Shown here piece by piece: positions 1 to 8,075 of a stretch of 57,935 nt of DNA. The translations under genes and the position numbers were made by a program. The DNA comes from a virus (taxonomy: Duplodnaviria; Caudoviricetes). The first letter of the stretch is position 1; every line of letters begins with the position of its first letter. The stretch lies in the IMG/VR virus record IMGVR_UViG_3300025872_000064, positions 1 through 57,935 of that record. One strand, written 5' to 3'. The notes under the pieces were generated by a model. That model saw only the letters and a program-made list of their open reading frames with translations, was not told where the DNA came from and did no database searches.

Positions 1-62
1 CGCCGCTCCTCTGGCGTGCAGTCGCAGTTCATCGGCTTCTGGTCGCAGATCGGGCAATACAT
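1..62 (-). CDS. 5' part of a small Cys-rich hypothetical cassette protein (MYCPICDQKPMNCDCTPEERR...), running off the window start
   Basis: ATG at 62-60 with GAGGAG RBS upstream; joins in frame with 57935-57815 if the ends are ligated. Confidence 0.6.
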   Translation of the reverse strand, partial: MYCPICDQKPMNCDCTPEER

Positions 63-82
63 CTCGCTTCTCCTCTACGCTC

Positions 83-138
83 ACAGAACCAGCGGATGAA
101 GCGGACGGCGGAGCCGCCGCTTATCCTGCGTGTTCTCA
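83..138 (+). repeat. attC-like recombination site 1
   Basis: ACAGAAC-CAGCG-GATGAAGCGG...CCGCTTATC-CTGCGT-GTTCTCA: R''/5 nt/L'' with extra G/L'/6 nt/R'. Confidence 0.85.
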
Positions 139-468
139 GTCTCCCAGCATTACCGCCACACCGAACAATGCGGCGCAAGCCGCCAAGTACGCCGTCAAAT
201 ACAACGCCCCGCGAAGCGTCCTTGGCGACGCAACCCACGCCAGCGGGTATAGCAACGTCGCCCAGTAAAACGCCTTACACACCGCCACCTTTACAAATGG
301 CGTCCCTTCTCGCACATAACCCGCAAGGCCCATGATGCCAGCCATGAGGACGCCGGGATAGATGACGAGCGGCAGTGACACTGCGACCCACAGCACAACC
401 AGCGCCGCCCGAGAACCAGCGGATGCAGGAGCCGGCTCGGCGCCCCGGTTGATGTTGTCAGTGTTCAT
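136..468 (-). CDS. Hypothetical membrane protein (gene cassette)
   Basis: Three hydrophobic segments; start lies inside attC 2, stop inside R' of attC 1. Confidence 0.7.
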   Translation of the reverse strand: MNTDNINRGAEPAPASAGSRAALVVLWVAVSLPLVIYPGVLMAGIMGLAGYVREGTPFVKVAVCKAFYWATLLYPLAWVASPRTLRGALYLTAYLAACAALFGVAVMLGD

Positions 469-499
469 GTCTCGCCGCTCCTGATCCTTGGCGTTCTGT
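410..499 (+). repeat. attC-like recombination site 2
   Basis: CGAGAAC-CAGCG-GATGCAGGAGC...GCTCCTGATC-CTTGGC-GTTCTGT. Confidence 0.85.
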
Positions 500-501
500 G
501 T

Positions 502-720
502 CTACTTGGCGTCCGTTGGCGGGGCAGGGAGCGGCATCCAGTGTGTCGGATTTTCTGCCGTACACTCGCCGTCTCGGTCGTAGTCGTACACGTCCAACGA
601 TTGCCACCCGTCCTCTGAAAAGGAAGCAAGAAACGGGCGAGATTGCCCTTCTGCAAAACAAAGGCATACGTCGTCAACTTCTGGCAGACGCTCCGTCACC
701 GGAATCCACTCCCCGCTCAT
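502..720 (-). CDS. DUF551-like phage protein (gene cassette)
   Basis: WIPVTERLPE N-terminal and THWMPLPAPP C-terminal motifs. Confidence 0.85.
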   Translation of the reverse strand: MSGEWIPVTERLPEVDDVCLCFAEGQSRPFLASFSEDGWQSLDVYDYDRDGECTAENPTHWMPLPAPPTDAK

Positions 721-769
721 ATTCGTAATCCGTCACTTTCCGTTGGTTTTCCAATACGTTCGATTCGCC

Positions 770-818
770 ACAGAACCACGCGATGCAGCGGACGAGCCGC
801 TGATCGCTGGCGTTATGG
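770..818 (+). repeat. attC-like recombination site 3 (short, 49 bp)
   Basis: ACAGAAC-CACGC-GATGCAGCGG-ACGAG-CCGCTGATC-GCTGGC-GTTATGG. Confidence 0.8.
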
Positions 819-1013
819 CTATGAAATGAACCGCACCGCGTGCTTGTGAATCTTCCCGTCGCCGGTGCCTTTGCCGTAGGCGATGATCGTTCGGTATTCA
901 ACCGCGACCCACTCCAGCCACCGGGTTTCGCCGCCGACCGTAATGGGCCAAAACGCGAACCACTGGCTGATTGTGTTCCCTTCGGCTGGCCTGTCGATCA
1001 TCTTCCATCTCAT
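819..1013 (-). CDS. Hypothetical protein (gene cassette; MRWKMID...)
   Basis: AGGAGA RBS before ATG at 1013; WFAFWP...TRWLEW motif; stop abuts R' of attC 3. Confidence 0.7.
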   Translation of the reverse strand: MRWKMIDRPAEGNTISQWFAFWPITVGGETRWLEWVAVEYRTIIAYGKGTGDGKIHKHAVRFIS

Positions 1014-1041
1014 CGCTATCTCTCCTGTTGTCTCGCCGCAG

Positions 1042-1096
1042 CCATAACCAGCGCATGAAGCGGACGGCAAGCCGCCGCTTATCATGCGTGTTCAGT
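1042..1096 (+). repeat. attC-like recombination site 4
   Basis: CCATAAC-CAGCG-CATGAAGCGG...CCGCTTATC-ATGCGT-GTTCAGT; near-copy of site 1. Confidence 0.85.
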
Positions 1097-1391
1097 CGAC
1101 CACATCGACAGCCTCCTCCAGGCTCGCAACCGCCCGATCGTCCACGACGATGTCCGCGACCGGCTTGCCCATCACCAACTGGTCGTATGGGATGCTGCGT
1201 TCAAACAGCCACTGTTCAGTCATCGCCAACTCCGACCACGATCTGGCTGTGTGGATGATGATCCGGTAGCCGGCCGTTCGCAGGCTCTCGAGCATCTCGC
1301 GGGAGCCTGGCAACGCCTTCGCCAGCGACCGCTCGAACGTCGGCCGCTCCTCGCAGATCACGCCGTCCATGTCGATGGCCGCCGTCTTCAT
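1092..1391 (-). CDS. HAD-superfamily phosphatase (capsule-biosynthesis phosphatase-like)
   Basis: DMDGVI, HTAR, GKP..D..VDD HAD motifs. Confidence 0.8.
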   Translation of the reverse strand: MKTAAIDMDGVICEERPTFERSLAKALPGSREMLESLRTAGYRIIIHTARSWSELAMTEQWLFERSIPYDQLVMGKPVADIVVDDRAVASLEEAVDVVD

Positions 1392-1939
1392 GGCTTCACC
1401 ACATAGACCACCGGGCCTTCGATCACCACCTGCGCGTGGCCGATGAAGAACTCGTCAACAGCCGCCTTCGCGCCGGGGCAGCAGTCCTCGCCGTAGTCGT
1501 CGAACACGATGATGCCGCCGGGGACGACTTGCTCGTAGAGGAACTCCAGGCACGCGGCGTAGGACTCGTAGTTGTCGACGTCCAGGTGGACGAACCGCAG
1601 GCGGCGGCCGGCGAGAACGTCGCCCGTCTCGGCCGGGAATACGCCTGGGTAAACGCTCACCCGCTTGTCGCCGACAAACATATCCATGACCGCCACGGCG
1701 CTCGTGTCACTGAAGGAGCCAATGCCCCACCTTCCGTCCAGCGTCGGATCGTGATTCGGCATTCCCGTGAAGGTGTCGAACAGGAAGACCTTCGACTGTC
1801 CGGCGTTGTCGACGATTGCTCGAGCGCTGCCACCTTTGTAGACTCCGACCTCGACGATGTCGCCGTCGAGCTTGTCCGTCGACTCGAGGAGTGCCACGAG
1901 GCAGTCAAGTTTGTAGGCGTCAATCAGCGATTCACTCAT
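1388..1939 (-). CDS. TylF/MycF/NovP-family sugar O-methyltransferase
   Basis: GDIVEVGVYKGGS, FDTFTGMP, VHLDVD.Y, GGIIVFDDY. Confidence 0.9.
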   Translation of the reverse strand: MSESLIDAYKLDCLVALLESTDKLDGDIVEVGVYKGGSARAIVDNAGQSKVFLFDTFTGMPNHDPTLDGRWGIGSFSDTSAVAVMDMFVGDKRVSVYPGVFPAETGDVLAGRRLRFVHLDVDNYESYAACLEFLYEQVVPGGIIVFDDYGEDCCPGAKAAVDEFFIGHAQVVIEGPVVYVVKP

Positions 1940-2805
1940 CGGAAACTCTCCGCGTGATACCGCCGCATCGTCAGCGGCGCGATCTTCCAGGGAGGGCCGT
2001 CAACGTTGTGGCCGAGGGCCAGGGCCACAAGCGGCAGGCCAGCGGCGATCGACAGGACGCTGCCGCCGCCGAACCTCGGGTTGACCTCGATGATCTTGCC
2101 GCCTTTGAACTGCACGTTCGCCGGCCCGACGATCCCCAGGTCCGCACACACCGCCGCGGCGTCGATCAGGTAGGACACCGACGCCTCGGGGGCGAGCACC
2201 GTCGACTCGATAACTTCTCCACCCTCGACGCGGTCGCGGCTGCGGGCCACGGCGCCGCGGCACTGTCCGGCGCCCAGGAAGAGGTCGACCGACACCTCGT
2301 CGCCGTCGAGGTAGTCCTGGATCACCCACGACGCCGACATTTCGATCGTCTCGGGGCGATGCAGCACCTTCGTCCCGCGGGAGCCGTGGCCGAATCGGGG
2401 CTTCGCGAACTTCGGATACCGCGTCAGCCGCGGGGCCGGGTAGACGTCTGGGTGGTGCTCCTTCATCCAATTTGCGAAGTGCAACTTGTCGTGGCAGAGC
2501 ATCGCCACGGCGGCCGGCGAGCCGATGCACTGCTCCATGTCGCCGCACACAACCGTGGCCTCGTCCATGAGCGGGACGATATGCGTGATCTTCCGGCGAG
2601 CGGCGAACTCGATGATGTCGGGGCCGCACTCGGGATCGTCGAAGTCCATGCCTTCGACGACCTCCTTGGCGACGTCGGCCAAAGGGACGTCGATGCTCGA
2701 CTCGTAGCCGTAGACGTCGGCGTTCCTGGCGATGAACTCATTCGCCAGCGACACCCGACGTCCACCGCCTACGAACAGGACGCGGCTTTTACGAGGCTTG
2801 CGCAT
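1936..2805 (-). CDS. ATP-grasp protein (carbamoyl-phosphate-synthase-like, polysaccharide-cluster type)
   Basis: GGGRRVSL, CHDK, KPRFGHGS, IQDYLDGDE, IEVNPRFGGG; start reassigned to MRKPRK. Confidence 0.8.
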   Translation of the reverse strand: MRKPRKSRVLFVGGGRRVSLANEFIARNADVYGYESSIDVPLADVAKEVVEGMDFDDPECGPDIIEFAARRKITHIVPLMDEATVVCGDMEQCIGSPAAVAMLCHDKLHFANWMKEHHPDVYPAPRLTRYPKFAKPRFGHGSRGTKVLHRPETIEMSASWVIQDYLDGDEVSVDLFLGAGQCRGAVARSRDRVEGGEVIESTVLAPEASVSYLIDAAAVCADLGIVGPANVQFKGGKIIEVNPRFGGGSVLSIAAGLPLVALALGHNVDGPPWKIAPLTMRRYHAESFR

Positions 2806-3869
2806 ACTTTCTCCACATCGTTCTCGGTCAGGCTCGTGTGTGTCGGCAGGACGAGGCCGTATCGGTACAACGAATCGGCGGCGTATATGCGACGGCCTGT
2901 TCTCCCAGCCCGCTGCACATGCTGGAAGTGACAGACGGGAGGAAAGATCGGTCGCGTCTCGATGCCGTCCTCGCGCATCAGTCGCTCGACATGGCGGGCG
3001 TCCATCGGTCGTCCGTATTCCTTGACGACGGCGAACGCCCAGCACCCGTGCGTGTCGTCCTTCGCGACCTCTTGGCGGCGGAAACGGTCAGGCAGGCGGG
3101 AGTTGTACCAGTCGAATACCTGACGGCGCTTCTCCATGAACTCCGACAGGCGGGAGAGTTGCGCCACGCCGATGGCGGCCTGCACCTCGGTCATCCGGTA
3201 GTTCCACCCCAGCGCGTCGTGGACGTAGCGGGTCGCCGTCATCGCCTGGCCGGCGAGGTGGGCGATCCGCTCCGCGAAGAGCTTCTCCTGCGTGCCGACG
3301 GCACCGCCCTCTCCGGTCGTGATCGTCTTCGACCCGTAGAACGAGTAGCAGTTCATGTCCGCAGCCGGCGCCCACCCGCTGCGGAGGCACCCGATGCTTT
3401 CGGCGCAGTCTTCGATGATGACGATCCGCCGGCCCGTCGAGCGGTAGTAGTCGACCTTCCAGTCATTCAGCGACGGCGCCGGCACGCCGTACAGATGCAC
3501 GGGAATGATCGCCTTCGTCTTCTCCGTCACGGCCGCCGCCATCTCGTTCAGGTCGATCGTCCACGACCTCGGATCGACGTCCACAACCACCGGCTTTGCG
3601 CCGCAGTAGAGAACCGCGTTCACCGTGGCAACAAACGTCGTCGCTGGGACGATGACTTCGTCGCCACGACCGACGCCGGCCGCCAGGAGGGCCAGGTGCA
3701 GAGCGGCCGTGCCGCTCGAGACGGCGTGCATGTGGAGGCCGTTGATGCCGCCGAAGAGCCGCTCGAACTCAGCCACGACGGGGCCACGAGTCAGTTGACC
3801 GCCGCGCAGCACATCGAGCACAGCGGTTTCTTCCGCTACGCCGATGTCAGGTTGCCCGCAGTAGATCAC
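2769..3869 (-). CDS. DegT/DnrJ/EryC1/StrS PLP-dependent sugar aminotransferase (perosamine-synthase-like)
   Basis: SSGTAALHLAL, IIEDCAESIG, SFYGSKTITTGEGG, GWNYRMT. Confidence 0.93.
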   Translation of the reverse strand: MIYCGQPDIGVAEETAVLDVLRGGQLTRGPVVAEFERLFGGINGLHMHAVSSGTAALHLALLAAGVGRGDEVIVPATTFVATVNAVLYCGAKPVVVDVDPRSWTIDLNEMAAAVTEKTKAIIPVHLYGVPAPSLNDWKVDYYRSTGRRIVIIEDCAESIGCLRSGWAPAADMNCYSFYGSKTITTGEGGAVGTQEKLFAERIAHLAGQAMTATRYVHDALGWNYRMTEVQAAIGVAQLSRLSEFMEKRRQVFDWYNSRLPDRFRRQEVAKDDTHGCWAFAVVKEYGRPMDARHVERLMREDGIETRPIFPPVCHFQHVQRAGRTGRRIYAADSLYRYGLVLPTHTSLTENDVEKVCASLVKAASCS

Positions 3870-4156
3870 TGGATACCCTCAAGAAACTCGATGGCGTCAC
3901 CGGCGCTCGTCACGACCGTCACCGGGCAGCCCGCCGCAGCCAACTCTCGCATCCGGTGCTCCTGAATCCTCGTCGGACTCTCGCCCGGTCGCTTCGCTTC
4001 CATCCAGGCCGCGCGGCCCTCCCTGATGACAAGGATGTCCGGCAGCCCCGCAACGCTGAACGCACTGCCGTGCGTTTTCATCGCCCACCAGCCCCGCTGC
4101 CTTGCGGCAGCGATGACCTTCGCGACGATCGTCTTCTCGAGCGGCCGGTGCGCCAT
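3866..4156 (-). CDS. VRR-NUC domain nuclease
   Basis: GLPDIL...WMEAKRPG..PTRIQ. Confidence 0.85.
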   Translation of the reverse strand: MAHRPLEKTIVAKVIAAARQRGWWAMKTHGSAFSVAGLPDILVIREGRAAWMEAKRPGESPTRIQEHRMRELAAAGCPVTVVTSAGDAIEFLEGIQ

Positions 4157-4183
4157 CCATGTAGTTTCTGGTCTTGTAGCGTA

Positions 4184-4531
4184 TTAGTCCACAGCGATTT
4201 GCTGGAACGCGCAGCCGCGTCCATCGAAGGCGTAGGCGGGCAGGCTCCACCGACGCTGCCGGGGGCCAACGCGACGACGCTCCTCCTCACCTTCGGGCCA
4301 CGAGGCGCGAATCTCGGCGCAGCGCTGCTCGATCTCCTCTGGACTCGGCGCGTCGCGCTCCGTCACGCTGGGGACGCGGCTTCCCTTGCCGCGGGCTGGC
4401 AATTTGAACCGCTGACGCAGATACCAGAGCGTTCCGCGCGGGACGCCGAGGGCGTCGGCGAGTTCGTCGTTGCGGATGTTCGTGTTCCAAAGGCGGAACA
4501 GTTCCAGCGTGTTGACTTTGACCTTGATCAT
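4184..4531 (-). CDS. Putative HTH DNA-binding protein with PSPEEI..RCAEIRASW motif
   Basis: ELADALGV..GTL HTH-like segment; paralog at 54607-55002. Confidence 0.6.
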   Translation of the reverse strand: MIKVKVNTLELFRLWNTNIRNDELADALGVPRGTLWYLRQRFKLPARGKGSRVPSVTERDAPSPEEIEQRCAEIRASWPEGEEERRRVGPRQRRWSLPAYAFDGRGCAFQQIAVD

Positions 4532-4535
4532 TTTC

Positions 4536-4763
4536 TCACTCCTTCGAGAGAACCGGGAAGCAACGAAACACGACACCCAGGCCGACGAGGCCGAAGGCGT
4601 TTTTCAGAGTTAGTTGCGGCAGGCCGAAGACCTCGGGGATGACCATGTTCCAGGCCGTCCTCGTCGCCAGCGCAATGGCGACCAGGAAGATCGCGCCGAA
4701 CAGCACGAAGCCGATGGCCGAGAACGCGAATGCGGCGATGTCTTCCTGCTCTTTTTCCGTCAT
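4536..4763 (-). CDS. Hypothetical membrane protein
   Basis: Two hydrophobic helices; ATGA coupling to the upstream gene. Confidence 0.65.
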   Translation of the reverse strand: MTEKEQEDIAAFAFSAIGFVLFGAIFLVAIALATRTAWNMVIPEVFGLPQLTLKNAFGLVGLGVVFRCFPVLSKE

Positions 4764-5188
4764 GGCACCACCCACACCACTTCGATTTCGTATGTCAGGT
4801 TGTCTCGCTCAATCGTGAACGGCGTGCCGAGGTGCGAAGCATCAAAAACGTCGACTTCCGACACGCACGACACCGTGATCGCCTTCGGAACGCCGATGTC
4901 GGCGAGCGTCTCGACGTAGCCCGTCAGGCCGTGGCCTTTGTCCCTGCGGTACGTCACGCGATGCTCCGGGTATCCGGCGACGCGGTCGATCCTCTCGTAG
5001 GACACGATCCTGCACTCCTTGAGAACGTCAATGACGGCCTGCTGCGCCTCGCAGAGCCGTCGCGGCGCCAGGCCATCCATGACCTTCGGCGCCGCGACGA
5101 GCGATGCGGCGATTTCACCGGACTGCGTCGCCGCCACCATCGCGGCAGCGGCAGACGCGAGCCTCTGAAGAAATCCTCGACGATCCAT
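4760..5188 (-). CDS. Hypothetical protein with twin-arginine (Tat) signal peptide
   Basis: MDRRGFLQRLASAAAAMVAA. Confidence 0.7.
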   Translation of the reverse strand: MDRRGFLQRLASAAAAMVAATQSGEIAASLVAAPKVMDGLAPRRLCEAQQAVIDVLKECRIVSYERIDRVAGYPEHRVTYRRDKGHGLTGYVETLADIGVPKAITVSCVSEVDVFDASHLGTPFTIERDNLTYEIEVVWVVP

Positions 5189-5191
5189 GTC

Positions 5192-5473
5192 TCACCAGTA
5201 CCGGATGACAGCGTAGAAGCCACGGCGGCCACGGGCGACGCCGATCTCGCGCGGCGTCAACTGGCCGTGATAGCAGCAGTTGCGGACGGCGGCGTCGGCC
5301 GACACCGTCGAGAAACCGATGCCCTCGCGGCAGCGGCCGTGCCGGCCACGGTGGCCGAAGACGCCGGTGCGGGCCATCTCCTCGGCCTCTACCTGGGCGG
5401 GAACGACGATCACGGTCTGGGCGCTCGCCACGCCGCAGAAGGACAGGGCCGCGAGAAGAATGATGCTCTTCAT
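5192..5473 (-). CDS. Small secreted protein (possibly CAP/SCP-like)
   Basis: Sec signal MKSIILLAALSFCGVASA; EGIGFS..NCCY..EIGVARG..FYAVIRY. Confidence 0.65.
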   Translation of the reverse strand: MKSIILLAALSFCGVASAQTVIVVPAQVEAEEMARTGVFGHRGRHGRCREGIGFSTVSADAAVRNCCYHGQLTPREIGVARGRRGFYAVIRYW

Positions 5474-5529
5474 GTGGGTGCTCCGAAGGAAGGGTCGAAC
5501 CAACGGCAGGCAATATCGCGGAGTGTAGG

Positions 5530-5754
5530 CTACTCGTCAACAGCACTTTCGACGAACTTCGCGAGCGCCCTGGAGTAGGCGCCGATCGACTCCTTGACCA
5601 TCAGCAGCGCAAAGGCCAGCCCAGTTTCGCCAGCCTCTTTCGACGCCGTCGCGACGGCCTCGCACATCTCTTGGACGTCGCGGAGGCAGTGCTGCGACCG
5701 CACCAGCGATGCCAGCATCTCGATCTTGTCGTCGTCGGTCACACGCGGCTCCAC
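5530..5754 (-). CDS. Hypothetical protein
   Basis: ORF in operon with typical codon usage. Confidence 0.6.
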   Translation of the reverse strand: MEPRVTDDDKIEMLASLVRSQHCLRDVQEMCEAVATASKEAGETGLAFALLMVKESIGAYSRALAKFVESAVDE

Positions 5755-6164
5755 TTCGTCTCGACGACGTCCTGCTTTGCGAACAGCGTCGGGTGGAAGC
5801 CGGCGCGGCGTGCCACGAGGAGCATGTGCGGGTGGAAGACGGCGACAGTCCAGATGTCCAGGGCCGACTTGAGGCCAGCGGCGGCGAACGCGGCAACACC
5901 CATCGTCCGGTAGTCCTTCGCGACAAATGCCTCGAGCGTGCGCCAGTTCACCTCGCCGCCGGCACCGTCGTCGCCTTCAGTCCACGCTTCCGTCCTGGCC
6001 CAGCCAACGATCTCGCCCTGATCACGCACGATGGCGATCTCGCCGGGGCGGCGGCCGGCGAGCAAGGCCCGCTGGAAGTCGCTGTCCGGCTTCGTCAGAC
6101 GCATGACGATCCAGTTGATGTCGATGACGTCGAGGTCGGCGAGGGGGAGGATGGTACAGTTCAT
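5739..6164 (-). CDS. GNAT-like acetyltransferase
   Basis: IVGWA...AFVAKDYRTMGVA (V.P.YR..G.A-like motif A). Confidence 0.55.
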   Translation of the reverse strand: MNCTILPLADLDVIDINWIVMRLTKPDSDFQRALLAGRRPGEIAIVRDQGEIVGWARTEAWTEGDDGAGGEVNWRTLEAFVAKDYRTMGVAAFAAAGLKSALDIWTVAVFHPHMLLVARRAGFHPTLFAKQDVVETKWSRV

Positions 6165-6415
6165 TTCTCAAACCTCACATACAGCGGCCCGTTCTCGCCG
6201 ACGTAGGCGCCGAGGGTGTTGAACGACAGAAACTCGTCTGCCTCCTCGGGCGTCATGCCGTCGCGCTCGACGAGAACGTCGATGCACTTCTCGATGTCAT
6301 AGACGGCGACGGTCGGGTGGTGGTGGTTCACGGTGTAGCCCACCAGGGCCGCCTCGAGGCCGTCGGCCAGCAGGGCGTCGGGGTTGAGTTCGGCGAGAAG
6401 TTCGAGCGTCGTCAT
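6161..6415 (-). CDS. Conserved phage hypothetical protein
   Basis: ADGLEAALVG..AVYD..GMT.EEA.EF.SFN..GAYVGE.GP pattern. Confidence 0.75.
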   Translation of the reverse strand: MTTLELLAELNPDALLADGLEAALVGYTVNHHHPTVAVYDIEKCIDVLVERDGMTPEEADEFLSFNTLGAYVGENGPLYVRFEK

Positions 6416-7548
6416 GCAAACAACCTCTCTCGCTCGACGGACTTGGCGATCCGCTCGTGCGCTAACTTGACGTACTCTGGATTCAACTCACACCCGACTC
6501 CGCTGCGGCCGAGTTTCGCTGCAACAGCAAGCGTCGTCCCAGAGCCGGCGAATGGGTCCAGCACAAGACACGGCACTGGCCTGTGCTCTTGACACTTGCA
6601 CGACGGCTGCCACCCTTTTGTCTCGACAGAGACTCCAGCGACGTCGTTCGCGCAGTGGTTTCCAGTACCCTCTTCGCCATGTCTCTTTGTGTAGGCATTG
6701 GGGCGTGGGCGTGTCAGTTCCTTTCGCTCCGTAATCCTGCCCCACGGCGATCCGCAGTGCGGACAGCAGCCCTCCTCGCTCGTGCCGGCGAGAACGCACG
6801 GCTCGACGAGGTCAGGCGGCATGGTTGCGAAGTGCGCGCCTTTGTAGGGCTTTGTCGTCACCGTCCAGACGGATCGACGGTTGCGGGTTGCCTTTTCCGT
6901 ATATGTACGCTCTTGTCTTTGTATTTTCGTCTCGCTCCCGTCAAGAACCCTCCGAGTCGCGTAGGGGATGTTTTTTGCGTCTTTATGCTTTGCTGTCTCG
7001 CTTACAGCAACCGAGTCGTAGTAATACCGCTCGCTCTTAGTCAGCATAAAAACGTACTCATGCGCCTTCGTGCAGCGATCACGCACGCTCTCTGGCATCG
7101 GGTTTGGCTTGTGCCAGATGATGTCCTGGCGCAGCCACCACCCGTCAGACTGAAGGGCGAAGGCGACTCGCCATGGGATGCCGACAAGGTCTTTGTTTTT
7201 CAGTGACTTGCACGAAAGGCCGTTCCCTTTTGGCAGTGAGGGGCACGCGACCTCTGTTGCTGCCTGGAAGGACGTAGAACCGCCACGATTCCCGTTGTAT
7301 GCGTTGTACGAATCCCCCAGGTTTACCCAGCAAGTCCCGTCCTCGCGCAGCACACGCCGCACCTCGCGGAACACCTCCACCATGCGGGCGACGTAGGCTT
7401 CCGGTGTGGACTCCAGGCCGATCTGCCCGTCATGGCCGTAGTCACGCAAACCCCAGTATGGCGGGCTTGTTACGCAGCAGTGGACGCTGTCGTCTGCGAG
7501 CGTCCGCAACCCTTCGATGCAGTCGCCTTGAATAATCCTGTGTTCCAT
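6412..7548 (-). CDS. Site-specific DNA methyltransferase (N4-C/N6-A, beta class)
   Basis: VTSPPYWGLRDY, DIIWHKPNPMPES, HFATMP, VLDPFAGSGTT; TGATG coupling. Confidence 0.95.
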   Translation of the reverse strand: MEHRIIQGDCIEGLRTLADDSVHCCVTSPPYWGLRDYGHDGQIGLESTPEAYVARMVEVFREVRRVLREDGTCWVNLGDSYNAYNGNRGGSTSFQAATEVACPSLPKGNGLSCKSLKNKDLVGIPWRVAFALQSDGWWLRQDIIWHKPNPMPESVRDRCTKAHEYVFMLTKSERYYYDSVAVSETAKHKDAKNIPYATRRVLDGSETKIQRQERTYTEKATRNRRSVWTVTTKPYKGAHFATMPPDLVEPCVLAGTSEEGCCPHCGSPWGRITERKELTRPRPNAYTKRHGEEGTGNHCANDVAGVSVETKGWQPSCKCQEHRPVPCLVLDPFAGSGTTLAVAAKLGRSGVGCELNPEYVKLAHERIAKSVERERLFA

Positions 7549-7784
7549 CACTCCATCGCCTCCCTGACCTTCCTCGCCACCTCGGGGCTGCGAAACCAGC
7601 CCACGCTCCACGCACACTTCCGCACATCCTCGTCGTCGCCGTGTCCAATCGCGTCCAACTTCGCCACCAGAAACATCACGTTCCGCTCGAGCCGCGCGAC
7701 TCGTTCTTTCGCTTCGTCAAGCCGCCGCCGCAGGCGGCTGTTGCCCTTGATGGCTCCGGTGAGTTCGCGGCGGTAAGTCTTCAT
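7548..7784 (-). CDS. Hypothetical coiled-coil protein
   Basis: ORF coupled to the methyltransferase. Confidence 0.6.
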   Translation of the reverse strand: MKTYRRELTGAIKGNSRLRRRLDEAKERVARLERNVMFLVAKLDAIGHGDDEDVRKCAWSVGWFRSPEVARKVREAME

Positions 7785-7788
7785 CGAA

Positions 7789-7882
7789 GCAGCCCTTGCG
7801 GGGGTCGAACCCGCGTCTCCAGCGCTTTCTGGCGTTTTTCCTTGTCCGGCGTGCGCACATCCGGTTCCAAACTATCGGGCTG
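7789..7882 (-). ncRNA. tRNA-like element or pseudo-tRNA
   Basis: Perfect T arm GCGGG-TTCGACC-CCCGC; CAGCCC/GGGCTG acceptor-like stem; T8-A9-G10; abnormal anticodon arm; hairpin inserted in the D loop. Confidence 0.5.
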
Positions 7883-8075
7883 AATCCTTTGCGGCCTCTG
7901 ATCGCTCCATAGCCATCGCCTGCGAAGCAAGGCGTATGGAAAGGTCGCGTATTACGTTCGCTATCCCTGCGTAGTGCTTCACCATTTCGCCGCTTCCGAA
8001 CCTAGCCAAGTAGTCGCAAAACAGAAGGGCGTCCGCAGCGCTGTCGATTGCCTTCGTCTCTTCAAACATCGTCAC
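7872..8075 (-). CDS. Hypothetical protein
   Basis: ORF in coupled operon. Confidence 0.55.
   Translation of the reverse strand: MTMFEETKAIDSAADALLFCDYLARFGSGEMVKHYAGIANVIRDLSIRLASQAMAMERSEAAKDSAR

Noticed and set aside
83-1096. CRISPR array, REP elements or terminators as an explanation of the repeats
   Set aside because: Spacing is gene-sized, repeats vary in length, there are no cas genes or U-tails, and the R''/core complementarity fits attC
7789-7882. Functional tRNA gene
   Set aside because: Anticodon loop is 6 nt, the acceptor stem has two mismatches and the D loop is oversized
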